Source: Octopus vulgaris (Eukaryota). Taken from it: 64,000 bases of DNA. The position numbers and the translations under genes were made by a program. Below, in pieces: positions 29,503 to 43,383 of the stretch (position 1 is its first letter; each line of letters opens with the position of its first letter). The notes beneath the pieces were generated by a model that was not told the DNA's origin, did no database searches, and saw only the letters and a list, made by a program, of their open reading frames with translations. The stretch spans positions 47,058,001-47,122,000 of the forward strand of contig OX597832.1 of the NCBI GenBank assembly GCA_951406725.2. Direction: 5' to 3'.

Positions 29503-29729
29503 CATTTCTTTATTACCCACAAGGGGCTAAACATAGAAGGGACACACAAGGACATACATAGGTATTAAGTCGATTACATCGACTCCAGTGCGTAACTGGT
29601 ACTTAATCTATCGACCCCGAAAGGATGAAAGGTAAAGTCGACCTCGGCGGAATTTGAACTCACAACGTAACGGCAGACGAAATACCGCTAAGCATTTCGC
29701 CCGACGTGCTAACGTTTCTGCCAGCTCGC
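29503..29729 (-). mobile_element. Family A SINE (young)
   Basis: Near-identical to 8394-8623. Confidence 0.9.
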
Positions 29730-29819
29730 GTTAAATAAGAAAATGGTGCGTTACATAATGCTATTTACATATCTATAAAAATCGTGATGAGCTTGGCTAG
29801 AATATCTCTTATCATAACT

Positions 29820-29885
29820 TTTGATTGATGGGGTAGATATAAGGTTAATCAATTTGATTGATGGGGTAGATATAAGGCTAATCAA
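29820..29885. repeat. 33-bp tandem duplication
   Basis: tttgattgatggggtagatataagg(t/c)taatcaa occurs twice. Confidence 0.9.
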
Positions 29886-30273
29886 TTATAGTAAACAATG
29901 AAGTCAATTATATCGATATGAACTCTATGATCAGCACATTTTGATGCAATCATATCTGGATAGTAATTTGACTGCATAATGTGTAGAATTGTCTACCCGA
30001 CGCATACAGTTGTGTAAGCTAAATAACAACTGTGAATGCTTAATGCATGAACTGTCGTGGTTTTATTGCTCTTAAAGGAGACGATTAATTGCATGGATAC
30101 GGAAATACTGAAGAAATAAGTTAAACCATATTTCCCCTGCAATAATAATCAGATAGATCTGAACGGTAATAAATACCAATAGTAAAAAAAAAATGTGGAT
30201 TCATATATGAAATAGTTAAAATAGCGAGACAATAATAATAATAAGAAGAAGAAGAATAATAATAAGAATAATG

Positions 30274-30340
<67 letters not shown>

Positions 30341-30341
<1 letters not shown>

Positions 30342-30783
30342 CAATCGATATAAACATATCTGTCAAGACCTACCAGAAACTGAGCAAATATAAAGATCTG
30401 GAAATAGAAATCAGCAAAATGTGGAACCTGAAGACTAATACAATACCTGTTGTCATAGGTGCCCTGGGAATGATAGCAAAAGGGGCTGATTGCTACCTAA
30501 CTCAGAAACCAGGAAACCCCAAAATGGCAGAAATTCAAAAGATATTGCTCATGGGAACTGCTCATATCCTGCGCAAAATACTTTCTATGTAATCTCAAGG
30601 TTTAAAACAAACATAATTTTCGTATGGTTTCTTAAACATTCTCTAGAACAACACTAAATATAAAACGAAATATATGGCACCCTAGGCATAACACCAACAA
30701 GAACTTCCAACTTTTTGTCTCTTGAGGTCTCTGGGTGAGACTTGGAGCCAGCTTGTGCAAATGTAAAGCAAAAGTCAAACATA

Positions 30784-30784
<1 letters not shown>
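30341..30784 (+). mobile_element. R4/Dong-like LINE 3' fragment, subfamily 2, embedded in (TAA)n; absent from the ORF track
   Basis: 30341-30592 translates PIDINISVKTYQKLSKYKDLEIEISKMWNLKTNTIPVVIGALGMIAKGADCYLTQKPGNPKMAEIQKILLMGTAHILRKILSM*. TAA arrays at 30231-30340 and 30786-31303. Confidence 0.92.
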
Positions 30785-30785
<1 letters not shown>

Positions 30786-30852
<67 letters not shown>

Positions 30853-30929
30853 TGATGATGATAACGATAATGATAATGATAATAATAATGATAATAATAA
30901 TGATAAGGATAATAATAATAATAATAATG

Positions 30930-30966
<37 letters not shown>

Positions 30967-31009
30967 TAATAATAATGATAATGATAATGATAATAAGAAT
31001 GATAATGAA

Positions 31010-31084
<75 letters not shown>

Positions 31085-31125
31085 AATAATGACAATGATA
31101 ATGATAATAATAATGAAAATAATAA

Positions 31126-31177
<52 letters not shown>

Positions 31178-31218
31178 AATAATGACAATGATAATGATAA
31201 TAATAATGAAAATAATAA

Positions 31219-31281
<63 letters not shown>

Positions 31282-31303
31282 TAATAATAATAATGATAAT
31301 AAT
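30786..31303. repeat. (TAA/TGA)n array with higher-order repeated units
   Basis: atgacaatgataatgataataataatgaaaataataaatata recurs at about 31089 and about 31182. Confidence 0.9.
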
Positions 31304-32019
31304 AGTGGATAAGGAATGAAAAATGAAATTATTTTTTACCAACCACTTCTTAAATGTCGAGACAAAGTAAATGAAATTGTGAAAACAATATAAAACTACA
31401 CAATTATCGAAAACTATTGATCTCTCCTTTGCGTCTGTGGATGACTGACAAACACAGAAAGTGTGCTTTGGAAAAAAAAAAGAACAAAATTTTTATAGAG
31501 ATCGTTCAGACTGCTGCTACGCTTAACAGAAATAAATAACATTTTATATTTTTATTTTAAAAGTTAAATGTGAAAAAAGAAAAGAAAAAATAAGAGCAAA
31601 AAAAAAACCGCGTGGAAGTTGATTTGTTTTATTGGTTATTTCGCAGTAATCAACACATATTTGGAATTTATTTTTCCATTTTATGAAGACGTGTCTTTAA
31701 AGAATTTCAGGCGATGGCATCTAAATGCTTTATTTTAATGCCATTATAACTATAATTGTTTCTAAATTAGGTACAAAGTTAGCAGATTTTTATTGGCGTC
31801 TGATAGTCGATACCATCGCCCCAGGGATTAAATGCCAAATCGATCTCGCAAGATTTGGACTAAGAATGTAAAAGAGTTTGAAGAAATATTATGAGGTATT
31901 TTGTCCGTCACTCTAATGGAATGCTTTGTGGTACTTTTTCTTAACCCTTTATATTCTTGCCTTTTCATCATCCCATGGGGATCACAAAATTAAAGTACCA
32001 GTCAACTGGTACTTTAATT

Positions 32020-32451
32020 CAGTAGATTTATTTTTACAACGTGCTTTCACTTCACTACCGAGCGCAGCTCTGTGTGCCATGGGTATGTGCTGTGGTTTGC
32101 TGTGATGCTCTTATGGTTACTATATTGAAAGTGTTTGGCTTAGGATGTGTGCTGTGCCCAGTAGTGCAATTTTCTGTATGTTGTATATATTTGTAAGTCC
32201 TGGTGTTTTGGTTATGTATTTGTCTGAATATTCTTTTATTATACCTAATGCGCCTACTATGATAGGAATTGTTTCTGTTTTTAGATTCCACATTCTAGTT
32301 ACCTCTATTTCCAGGTCTTTGTATTGTGAACGTTTCTCCGTTTCTTTTAGAGAAACGTTGTCATCTGCCGGTATTGATACATCAATTAGAAAGCATTTTT
32401 TCTTCGTGATCTCTGACAACTATATCTGGCCTTAATTTCTTTATCTGTGTG
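32020..32451 (-). mobile_element. R4/Dong-like LINE 3' fragment, subfamily 1, second copy
   Basis: Reads KKCFLIDVSIPADDNVSLKETEK..IPIIVGALG..QKIALLGTAHIL and has the same 3' UTR as 23010. An 8-bp deletion lies in the ANRPD region. The 5' end abuts (ATT)/(GTT)n. Confidence 0.92.
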
Positions 32452-32466
32452 ATTATTATTATTATT

Positions 32467-32505
<39 letters not shown>

Positions 32506-32519
32506 ATTGTTATTATATG

Positions 32520-32831
<312 letters not shown>

Positions 32832-33742
32832 TGACTCGCGTAATCTTGTCAACTTCGAAACACGATTTATAGCCGGGCGTAGACTAGAAGGGCTTGTTTT
32901 AGAAACTTCTAAAATATTAACACCCATTACATTTTCACAGCCAAAATTGCATCCCACCATACACGAGCGAACACTGCCACGGCAAACGAAAACGAAAAAA
33001 CAAAAAACCGATACAGCCTCATTGATTCTATTTCTTTTTTTAAGTTGTCAGTGTTTCATCCAAGTTGGTTTTGGCTGCTATTTATTGAAAGTCATGCAAC
33101 CATACATAGACTCATATGGGACCACATTTACAGATAAACATCCATGAAACATAGAGTGTATGAAACCCTGTTTCTGTAATATAAATTTGTTTATGATTAT
33201 TAACTTTGAAGTAGAGAGACGTGGATATTTTCATTTTCATACCAAGAAAAAATAATGTTAACTTCAAGGCCTAGATCAGAAAACAATGTATTAGGCTTTC
33301 ACAATCACTGGACCAATATGTTAACATACATACTGGGCCATTGTAGGACATAGGTACAAGAAATATATACAAATGCATGTATATAAGTATGCTCATGTAT
33401 AAGGAAGAATGAAAATGAACATAGTAGGGGGTTTAGCCAATATAGATATAACGATAGAATGGATCAATGACGTGTTACGAGTTACATATATATTAGTGTA
33501 TATGTGTATATAGATTAGTGTGTATGTGCGCGCGCGCGTGTGTGTGAACATGTGTGTGGGGGGGTTAGTGAGTGACTTAATAATAAACTTTATGTTGCTC
33601 AGGCTGTGGGTATTTAGAATATGTATATTATATCTAGATTAATATATATAAAGATTTTGTTTACATATTTGATCATGTATAGGCACACACACACACACAT
33701 TATATATATATGTACGTGTTTGAGTTTGGGAATGCGAGTATG

Positions 33743-33773
<31 letters not shown>

Positions 33774-33928
33774 GTATGTATGCATGTATTATGTATGTAT
33801 GTATGTGTGTACGTATGTATGTATGTATGTATGTATGTATATATATATATATATATATATTAGATGCATGTATATGGATATATGTAAATGTACGTATGTG
33901 CGTTATGAATATATACATACATATATAA

Positions 33929-33967
<39 letters not shown>

Positions 33968-33973
<6 letters not shown>

Positions 33974-34041
33974 GAGAGAGAGACAGAGTCATACTTTTGT
34001 GCATTTAGGATTTCATTGATATATGTATATATATATGTATG

Positions 34042-34099
<58 letters not shown>

Positions 34100-34163
34100 G
34101 AGAGAGAGACAGAGTCATACTTTTGTGCATTTAGGATTTCATTGATATATGTATATATATATG

Positions 34164-34170
<7 letters not shown>
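33968..34170. repeat. 126-bp-period tandem duplication anchored in (TA)n
   Basis: gtgagagagagagacagagtcatacttttgtgcatttaggatttcattgatatatgt is identical at 33970 and 34096. Confidence 0.9.
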
Positions 34171-34227
<57 letters not shown>

Positions 34228-34878
34228 TACATATAAATATACATATCAATATACATACGTACACACATATATACATACATACATACATATATACGTTTAT
34301 GTATACAGGAACACAATTTTCGACATCTACACTAGTTTGGCCTACATTCAAATCGAAATGAATTGCAGATAAACAGACAGTATTACAATTTCACTTAATA
34401 TTTTGGCTCGATGCCTTCACTACCGCTATTATTATTAGTAGCATTGGTATCAACATTAGTATTACTATTATCATTATTATTAACGTTACACTGTATGTAG
34501 CAGCGTCAATTCGAGGAAATTTCACCAAAATTGCCTCAGTTACCTAAATTATACTGCTCTAAATTACTAGGTATCCTATAGCTGTATGTGTTTATCGATA
34601 CATATATATGTGCATATTAACACCAACGAGAGATTTTTATGTGCAGTAAGTGACTGGTGGGGGTTTTTTTTTCAAAATTTCATTGCATATTTTTTGTGTT
34701 TTCTTTCCATTTTTTCTTTTTTCTTTGTTGCGCTTCTGAACAGTTTTTTTTTTTCCCCCACTTTGCGTTTTCATCATTTTTTTGCGTGAATTTATTTATT
34801 GTTTTTTTTTTCTACTAGAATACTCGAAGTCTTATTTTTTTGTATTCGATTTTAGTAGACTTATCTTGAAGGAAAACA

Positions 34879-34960
<82 letters not shown>

Positions 34961-35003
34961 GTAATAATAATAATGATAATGATAATAATAATAATAACAA
35001 TAA

Positions 35004-35035
<32 letters not shown>

Positions 35036-35038
35036 GTA

Positions 35039-35107
<69 letters not shown>

Positions 35108-35229
35108 GTTTAAAATACTGCACCAAATGTAAGAATGAAAATTAGAAACACAAAGTGTGAATTAGATTTCTTCTGAAAGATTATTAGGTCTATAAGGTAA
35201 AGTTAATATATATATATATATGTGTGTGT

Positions 35230-35279
<50 letters not shown>

Positions 35280-35288
35280 ATGTATGTA

Positions 35289-35327
<39 letters not shown>

Positions 35328-35952
35328 GAATGAATGGTGCTGCATATATAAATATACATACATCGAGATTAGGAGTGAGTGTGAGTTTATTCTTCTTGAA
35401 AGACTGGTCCACGAATACGAGATTCTTCCGTTTTTGAATGGCCGGCCCGCCTAAAGCGTTGCTGTCATAACCGAAATGGCTGGGAGAGACACCCCTAATA
35501 TCGGGCCCGATGCGCTAACAGTTCCGTCAATCTATTCCCATAGATTGAAACTAGTTTTATTGATCAATCAATATGCTTATTGAGAACATGTTGGTCTTAT
35601 TGGATTTAGACGCAGAGCACTTAATATTTTAGTCTGTACCGCAAAAGCATTCATTCCTACCCTCTAATAAACCTGACATTTTAACAAACACACAGAAACA
35701 TAATCATAAACAAATATATTCCTACATACATATATACATACGTACATACATACATACATACATACATACATACATACATACATACATACATACATACATA
35801 CATACATCTTTCTGCTGTTTTCACAGCTATACTGCATTCGAAATTTACTTTCTGTAAAATCTGTAAAATAGGAAACACATTCGTCTTTTCCAAGGATTTT
35901 TCACAAATTGTTGTCGCGCCCCAAAAGATATTATTTTTTGGCGTTTAATCAT

Positions 35953-36305
35953 GGCGGCCAGCTGGCAAAAAACGTTAGCACGCCGGACGAAATGCTTAGC
36001 GGTATTTCGTCTGCCGCTACGTTCTGAGTTCAAATTCCGCCGAGGTCGACTTTGCCTTTCATCCTTTCGGGGTCGATAAATTAAGTACCATTTATGCCTT
36101 GGAGTCGATATAATCGACTTAATTCGTTTGTGTGTCCTTGTTTGTCCCCTCTGTGTTTAGCCCCTTGTGGATAGTAAATAAATAGGTATTTCCTCTGCTG
36201 CTACGTTCTGAATTCAAATTTCTGAGATCGATTAAATAAGTACCATGTGATCGATTTAATCGCTTTCCCCAAATGTAAAGCCTTGTGCTTCCAGAGGAAA
36301 GAACT
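35953..36305 (+). mobile_element. Family A SINE followed head-to-tail by a second, diverged partial unit
   Basis: Junction ..aaata|ggtatttc at 36184/36185. Confidence 0.85.
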
Positions 36306-36341
36306 ATTTAGCGTTTAATCTAACGGTGTTTGTTTTCAGCG

Positions 36342-36411
36342 GGTCGTTTAGCTTAGTAGTAGAGTACTCAGTCAGTATCTGATGAGTACCGGTTCGAGCC
36401 TCGTAACCGTC
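36342..36411 (+). pseudogene. Degenerate tRNA-like sequence (tRNA pseudogene or orphan SINE head)
   Basis: ggtcgtt-TA-GCTT-agtagta-GAGT-a-ctcag-TCAGTAT-ctgat..accgg-TTCGAGC-ctcgt-aaccgtc. A and B boxes are present, with T6 at 36422-36427. Stems are mismatched and position 33 is a non-canonical C. Confidence 0.5.
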
Positions 36412-36510
36412 TGCTAACAACTTTTTTAAGGGTAAAATACCCAATCTTTCTGGTGTTTTCACTGCTATTCTTCGTTCGAAATTTATTTTCATGTCTATTA
36501 TATACATACA

Positions 36511-36546
<36 letters not shown>

Positions 36547-36552
36547 TATATG

Positions 36553-36621
<69 letters not shown>

Positions 36622-36804
36622 GTAGATGTGTGTGTGTCTGTGTGTATAAGATAAATAGAGGGTGAGAGTCAGATAAATACATATATATCGACAGATAAAT
36701 TGATCTATGCATAAAGGGAGAGATAGTCATACTGAATAAATAAATACACAAACTCACAGACCGGCATCGTGGTATACATCTAAAGATATATATATAGATA
36801 TATG

Positions 36805-36859
<55 letters not shown>

Positions 36860-36975
36860 ACGGACACACCCAATACATTATACTCCTATTTTCAATTAAG
36901 TTTAGAAAATATACTTATAGATTTATTGTATTTGATATTATATATCTGAATGTTATCATATAATTGAATGTTATA

Positions 36976-37027
<52 letters not shown>

Positions 37028-37475
37028 CATGTCTTGCACAATGAACTAAATAAACAATAAACTAGATCGATTCACGGGTTTTTAGGAAAACCAATTTGTT
37101 CTGTTGTTTGAGGAAGACGAGGTGTCGAATTAATGTGTTTTTTTCATTTTAGCAAACGTTTACGTTGAGTGTTTCATTTCAGTGCAAATTGATTTTTATA
37201 GTCCGTTGTCTTTGACCTGTTGTAATCTTCGGTGTTCATATTCCGAATGTTATGAAAGAATATTTATTTGTGTGTGTGAGTGGTCATATGATTGTGTGTG
37301 TGTGTGATTTTCCCTGTATGCGTGCGTCGATTTATGTGTGTGCGTGTGTTTGAAGTGTATGTGTGGGGGTGGAATATAAATACTGTTTATTCTCTCTTGT
37401 ATACCCGAAGATTTATGTCTCGTCCTTACTCTAACGGGTGTACGTCTGTGTCTATACATATGCATACGTACAAGC

Positions 37476-37513
<38 letters not shown>

Positions 37514-37514
37514 A

Positions 37515-37676
37515 GGCGTAGGAGTGGCTGTGTAGTAAGTTGCTTGCTTACGAACAGCATGGTTTAGAGTTCAGTCCCCCTGCATGGTACCTTGGGCAAG
37601 TATCTTCTACTATAGCCTCGGGCTCACCAAAGCCTTGTGAGTGGATTTGGTAGACAGAAACTGAAAGAAACCCGTC

Positions 37677-37679
<3 letters not shown>
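37515..37679 (+). mobile_element. Family B SINE, 5' half
   Basis: ggcgtaggagtggctgtgt..accttgggcaagt..gaaactgaaagaaacccgtcg followed by (TA)n. Confidence 0.85.
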
Positions 37680-37715
<36 letters not shown>

Positions 37716-38553
37716 ATATGATATGTATATGCATATATATATGTATATACATATATATATGTATATACCATTTAGAGCTGTTCCAATATGTATCTACCTT
37801 GTTGGGTTGGAGTCCGCAAGGCGAGACATGAGCATTAGAGCTATGATGTTCTGATGAAATAATCGGACCCACCTATAAGGAAACCGACTGCGGATCCATC
37901 GTATGTATATATGCGTGTGTCTTGTGTGTGTGCGTGCGTGCCTGTGTTTGTATATGTGCGTGCGTGTTGTGTATGTGTGTGTGTGTGTGAATGTGTATGT
38001 TAAAATACTGGAAGTAGTTTTCTTTTACTAAGGTAGATCAAGTCATGAAATCATTCTAACATTTACACATCTAGGAAGGACAACGCTTTATTATAGAAAC
38101 TTGAAATTCAAGATAATGTATTTGAATTAAGCAGCATTTATATACTTCTCTTGACACTTTTACATTTAATTCCCATGATGTTTCCTTCTAAGGGATTATT
38201 CTAGAACAAAACTAAGTGATAGAAAGTAATTTAATGCGGAATAGCATAGTCAATGCAGTAAGACAAAATAAGTGTTTCATCCGATGGAAATTATAGCGCT
38301 AACTGGAAGATGTCACTAATGTTAAAGTTAATGTTTGTCAAAAAAAGGTTTTAAAAGAAGAGACTCGAAATTTCAAATTGAATAGAAATTAAATAAATGC
38401 AATGCCAAGGAGGAATAGTATGAGCTCTGGTATTTTGGGGGATAGCTTCGGGAATGTTTCGATCTTATTAAATGTCTTTAGCGAAAAATAGCTTAGCATT
38501 TGTTTTCCAGTCCTTAGATTTACTTCGAGAGGATATTGCTTTGCATTGCTCTG

Positions 38554-38597
<44 letters not shown>

Positions 38598-38602
38598 TCG
38601 TG

Positions 38603-38672
<70 letters not shown>

Positions 38673-38793
38673 TGTGTGTCTCTGTGTGTCTGAACATTAT
38701 CCACTGATTTGGCAATTTAAAATAATAGCGTTTGGAAAATTTCCCAGGGTTAGCTTCTGCAAGAAGACTTAATAGCTAATGGACAGCAGACTA

Positions 38794-38866
38794 CACGTGG
38801 TTCCTGATTAAAATACAGATGCGTCAGGTGTAGGAGACTGAATAAGAGGCATCTGGCTAACAGATG
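38794..38866. promoter_or_regulatory. Candidate enhancer: five E-boxes in 73 bp
   Basis: CACGTG 38794, CAGATG 38816, CAGGTG 38825, CATCTG 38850 and CAGATG 38861, all within non-repetitive sequence. Confidence 0.35.
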
Positions 38867-39587
38867 GTAGGTACGTTTTTGTTTTGGTTGAGTGGCTGTT
38901 AAATAGTTGATTTCCTGATGGTAATATATCGGCAAAGCTTCACTGCTTACATAATCAAGCCAATTGGCCTGTCTAGGAGGTAAAAGACGGGGGTTGTCGT
39001 GGTGTCGGGAGAATAGTAAGTAGACTATTTAAGTTGTGGTTGTTTTGTTGTTGCTTTTTAAGCAGCTAGCTGCCCGGCAGGCTAGACGACGAGTGTCTAT
39101 CAAGGTGCTAACTTCGTTAATGACCATCCTAATTGGTTTTACTGCTGTGCAATATGGAATTATTAAGCTTCCGCTTTGGTTACGTATTTCCTCATGAAAT
39201 GGCGCCACGTGGTAAGAGAAGAGAGAAAAAAAATTATATGTATATTCTGTTTGCTAAGTTTTATAGCATTTTTCTTTTCTTTTGTGTCTTTTTTTTTACT
39301 GTAAATATCAGTCGTATTTTGGATCGAATCAATATTGATTCCTCCTTACACTTGCCGCAGATAAATACATGAACAGAAATAAAAAAATTACGGAGATTAC
39401 GCAACTCGAAGCGAAATAAAATGACCTAGGTAAAGAGATATAGTGTAAACTAGGAAATGAAATATGAATGTTGGTTCAGATCTGTGGTGAACTTAATTCC
39501 TTTCATCAGTGGTCACCATTTAGTTGCGTTTTTATAACTAATAATGTCGTCTCGTTAAAGGTTAAAGGAATCACCATTCATATTTTC

Positions 39588-39933
39588 GCAGGCATGTCTG
39601 GGTGTTAAGAAGCTTGCGTCCCAACCACAAGGCTCCGGGTTCAGTACCACAACATGTCACCTCGCTCAAGTGTCTTCTACAATAGCCGCAGGAATGGATT
39701 TGGTAGATGGAAACTGAAAAAAGTCCATCGTATATATATATATATATAGGGAGAATTCACAAAAAAAAAAACAAAAGACGAAGACAAGTGGTGTAGAAAA
39801 CAAACAGATGTATTAGTAATAACGCTCGAGAAGTGAAAAAGTCTTTTACGTTTCGAGCCTACGCTCTTCCACAGAAAGAAACAAGGAGAAAAAATAAAGA
39901 ATGTGTAGTGGCTAGCGATATATATATATGTTT

Positions 39934-39976
<43 letters not shown>

Positions 39977-40175
39977 TTTGTATCTGTGTTTGTCCCCCAC
40001 TACCGCTGCTGATGTGTTTGCGTCCCCAGTAACCTAGCGGTTCGGCAAAAGATATTGATAAAATAAGTACCAAGCTTAAGATAACATTACTGGGGCTGAT
40101 TCATTCGACCTAAAATTCTTCAAGTTGGTGCCCCAGCATGGCCGCAGTTCAATAACTGAAACAAATATAAGATAA
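39588..40175 (+). mobile_element. Family B SINE with a nested hammerhead element in its internal (TA)n
   Basis: Head at 39588-39730, insert at 39749-39917, tail at about 39980-40175. Confidence 0.8.
39749..39917 (-). mobile_element. Short Penelope-like-derived element with hammerhead fold (39842-39879)
   Basis: Minus strand reads UCUUU-CUGUGGA-A-GAGC-GUAG-GCUC-GAAA-CGUA^AAAGA. Homologous to 50168-50320, with (TA)n on both sides. Confidence 0.65.
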
Positions 40176-40222
40176 ACGATAAAGACATTAATATCATTTA
40201 CAATATATTTATCCTTTCTCAA

Positions 40223-40580
40223 TTTGTGGTTTCGATTCCTGGACCGGGCGACGCGTTGTGCTCTTGAGCAAAACACTTCATTTTTCACGTTGCTCCAGTC
40301 CACTCAGCTGGCAAAAATGAGTAACACTGTGATGGACTGGCGTCCCGTCCAGCTGGGAGGAACACATACAACATTGATACCGAGAAACCGGGCCTATGAG
40401 CCTGGCTAGGCTTTAAAAAAGGGCGCATGTGGAGACGTGTGGTTTAGTGGTAAGGGTGTCAGCATCATGATCGTAAGATTGTGGTTTCGATTCCTTGACC
40501 GGGCGACGCGTTGTTTTCTTGAGCATAACACTTCATTTTTCACGTCGCTCCAGTCCATTGAGTTGGCAAAAATGAGTAAC
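40223..40580 (+). mobile_element. Two tandem family D SINE units
   Basis: ttgtggtttcgattcct(g/t)gaccgggcgacgcgttgt..cttgagca.aacacttcatttttcacgt at 40223 and about 40479. Confidence 0.85.
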
Positions 40581-40784
40581 GCTTTAAAGGCTTTAAAGGG
40601 GTGCATTATTTTATACTGGAGCGGCAAGAAAGCAAGTGTGTATATCAATCTCATAAATACGCAGTTCAGTTCGAGAATCGAACTCTGGCACAAATGGACA
40701 TGATCCCTACATCCTAACCCCTAGGCCACACGCTTTTGCGAGATACTGATGTTTCTTTGTCAAAACATTACATTTATACGTCTC

Positions 40785-41003
40785 TCTCTTTACTATTTTA
40801 CTTGTTTCAGTCATTTGACTGCGGCCATGCTGGAGCACCGCCTTTCATCGAGCAACTCGACCCCGAGACTTATTCTTTTGTAAGCCCAGTACTTATTCTA
40901 TCGGTCTCTTTTGCCGAACCGCTAAGTAACGGGGACATAAACACACCAGCATCGGTTGTCAAGCAATGCTAGAGGGACAAACACAGACACACAAACACAC
41001 ACA

Positions 41004-41047
<44 letters not shown>

Positions 41048-41212
41048 CATATATACGACGGGCTACTTTTCAGTTCCCGTCTCCAAATCCACTCACAAGG
41101 CTTTGGTCGGTCCGAGGCTATAGTAGATGACACTCGCCCAAGGTGCCACGCACTGGGACTGAACCCAGAACCATGTGGTTGGTAAACAAGCTACTTACCA
41201 CACAGCCACTCC
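40785..41212 (-). mobile_element. Family B SINE, full length
   Basis: Near-identical architecture to 16770-17219. Confidence 0.9.
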
Positions 41213-41609
41213 GTCTCTGTGTAGTACAGTTTCAGTTATAGGGGTTAAACAGCGTTGGTCCGTAATTAACAACTTAGGATATTATGAACGCTCAAATGAC
41301 GTAATCCCAGAAACAAAATGCAGTTTTCCGGTCCTAATGACTTCCACATGAAGTACGATGACACTCACATTTCTAAATTGGCAGAATTATTAGAGCATCA
41401 CATAAAACCACCTTGCAATATTTGTTCCGGTTGTTTACGTGCAATAAGAGTTCAAATCTCTCTACAGAATGCATTTCCCTTTTTCTTTGACGTACTTCCC
41501 CGGGTTCGATTGAATAAAAAAAATTCTAGTCATTTACATGAGTAGTTATAATCGACTGTTCCAGATTAAGGCTTTGTGCTACAGTAAGTAATCGATATTT
41601 CTAAGATAA

Positions 41610-41840
41610 GGCGGCGAGCTGGCAGAATCGGTAGCACGCCGGGCGAAATGCTTATCGTTATTTCGTCTGCCGCTACGTTCTGAGTTCAAATTCCGCCGAG
41701 GTCGACTTTGCCTTTCATCCTTTCGGGGTCGATTAAATAAGTACCAGTTACGTACTGGGGTCGATATAATCGACTTAATCTGTTTGTCTGTCATTGTTTG
41801 TCCTCTCTGTGTTTAGCCCCTTGTGGGTAGTAAAGACAGA
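41610..41840 (+). mobile_element. Family A SINE with a perfect 17-bp TSD
   Basis: gatatttctaagataag at 41594-41610 and 41841-41857. Confidence 0.93.
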
Positions 41841-42055
41841 GATATTTCTAAGATAAGCATATCAGCCACAGAATCTCGTTTGATTTCATTCTTCATGCCT
41901 AGATCATTTTGTCTTTATTGAAATCAATTTTGATAGAGATTTGGCGCGGAATCAATAACGGTCTGATTGGTTGGCTGAGTGTTGTTAATGAGTGGCTCTC
42001 TCACTGGCTCTCTCCTTCCGTCCCTCTTTCCCTCTCTTCCATCTTTCTTTCTCTC

Positions 42056-42112
<57 letters not shown>

Positions 42113-42292
42113 GTTCCTCTATTTCTTTCTCAATTGTTCTCCCTTTCACATGCAGTCACCTTACGTTGTCCAACTCAATCCATTCTGGTTAACAATTTAT
42201 CAATAAACATATACATGGTAATGTATATACACATTACATATTGAATGCATATCTCCTAGCCTCCTCACTACTACTACTACTACTACTACTAC

Positions 42293-42407
<115 letters not shown>

Positions 42408-42419
42408 AAGAAGAAGAAG

Positions 42420-42446
<27 letters not shown>

Positions 42447-42450
<4 letters not shown>

Positions 42451-42950
42451 TGACCTCGGTAGAATTTGAACTCAGAACGTAACAGCAGACGAAATACCTA
42501 TTTTTTTTACTACCCACAAGGGGCTATACTCAGAGAGGACAAACAAGGACAGACATAGGTATTAAGTCGATTATATCGACCCCAGTGCGAAACTGGTACT
42601 TAATTTATCGACCCCGAAAGGATGAAAGGCAAAGTCGACCTTGGCGGAATTTGAACTCAGAACGCAGCGGCGGACGAAATACCGCTAAACATTTTGCCCG
42701 GTCTGCTAACGATTCTGCCAGCTCGCCGTCTTAACAACAACAACAACAACAATAATGATATTAATCCTTTCTACTAAAGGCACAAAGCCAGATATTTTGT
42801 GTGTGAGGGGACTAGACGATTACATCTAACCCAGTGCTTCACTGGTACTCAATTTATCGAACCCGAAAGGATAAAAGGTAAAGTCGACCTCGGCGAAATA
42901 CCGCGAAGCATTTCTTCCAGCGTGCCAACGATTCTTCTAGATCGCCGCCC
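42447..42950 (-). mobile_element. Young family A SINE with read-through partial unit (42447-42730) plus an older A-related copy (about 42765-42950)
   Basis: Junction gacgaaatacc|tattt at about 42498; flanked by (GAA)n and (TAA)n. Confidence 0.85.
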
Positions 42951-42961
42951 TAATAATAATG

Positions 42962-43052
<91 letters not shown>

Positions 43053-43204
43053 CAACAACAACAGAAACAATAACAACAGCAACAACTACAATAATAATAT
43101 CTTTCAAATATTAAATTTTTTCAAACTCTTTAAGTCATATTACAGAAGATTCAAATAGAAACTTTGGACTACCGACGCCCCAGCGGAGCGGCATGTATAC
43201 AGAC

Positions 43205-43256
<52 letters not shown>

Positions 43257-43304
43257 GGATGGATGGATGGATGGATGGATGGATGGATAGATAGACAGAC
43301 AGAC

Positions 43305-43383
<79 letters not shown>

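Noticed and set aside
37850-37885. ctgatga...gaaac hammerhead-like motif
   Set aside because: No convincing stem II or stem I pairing, and no cleavage triplet in register.
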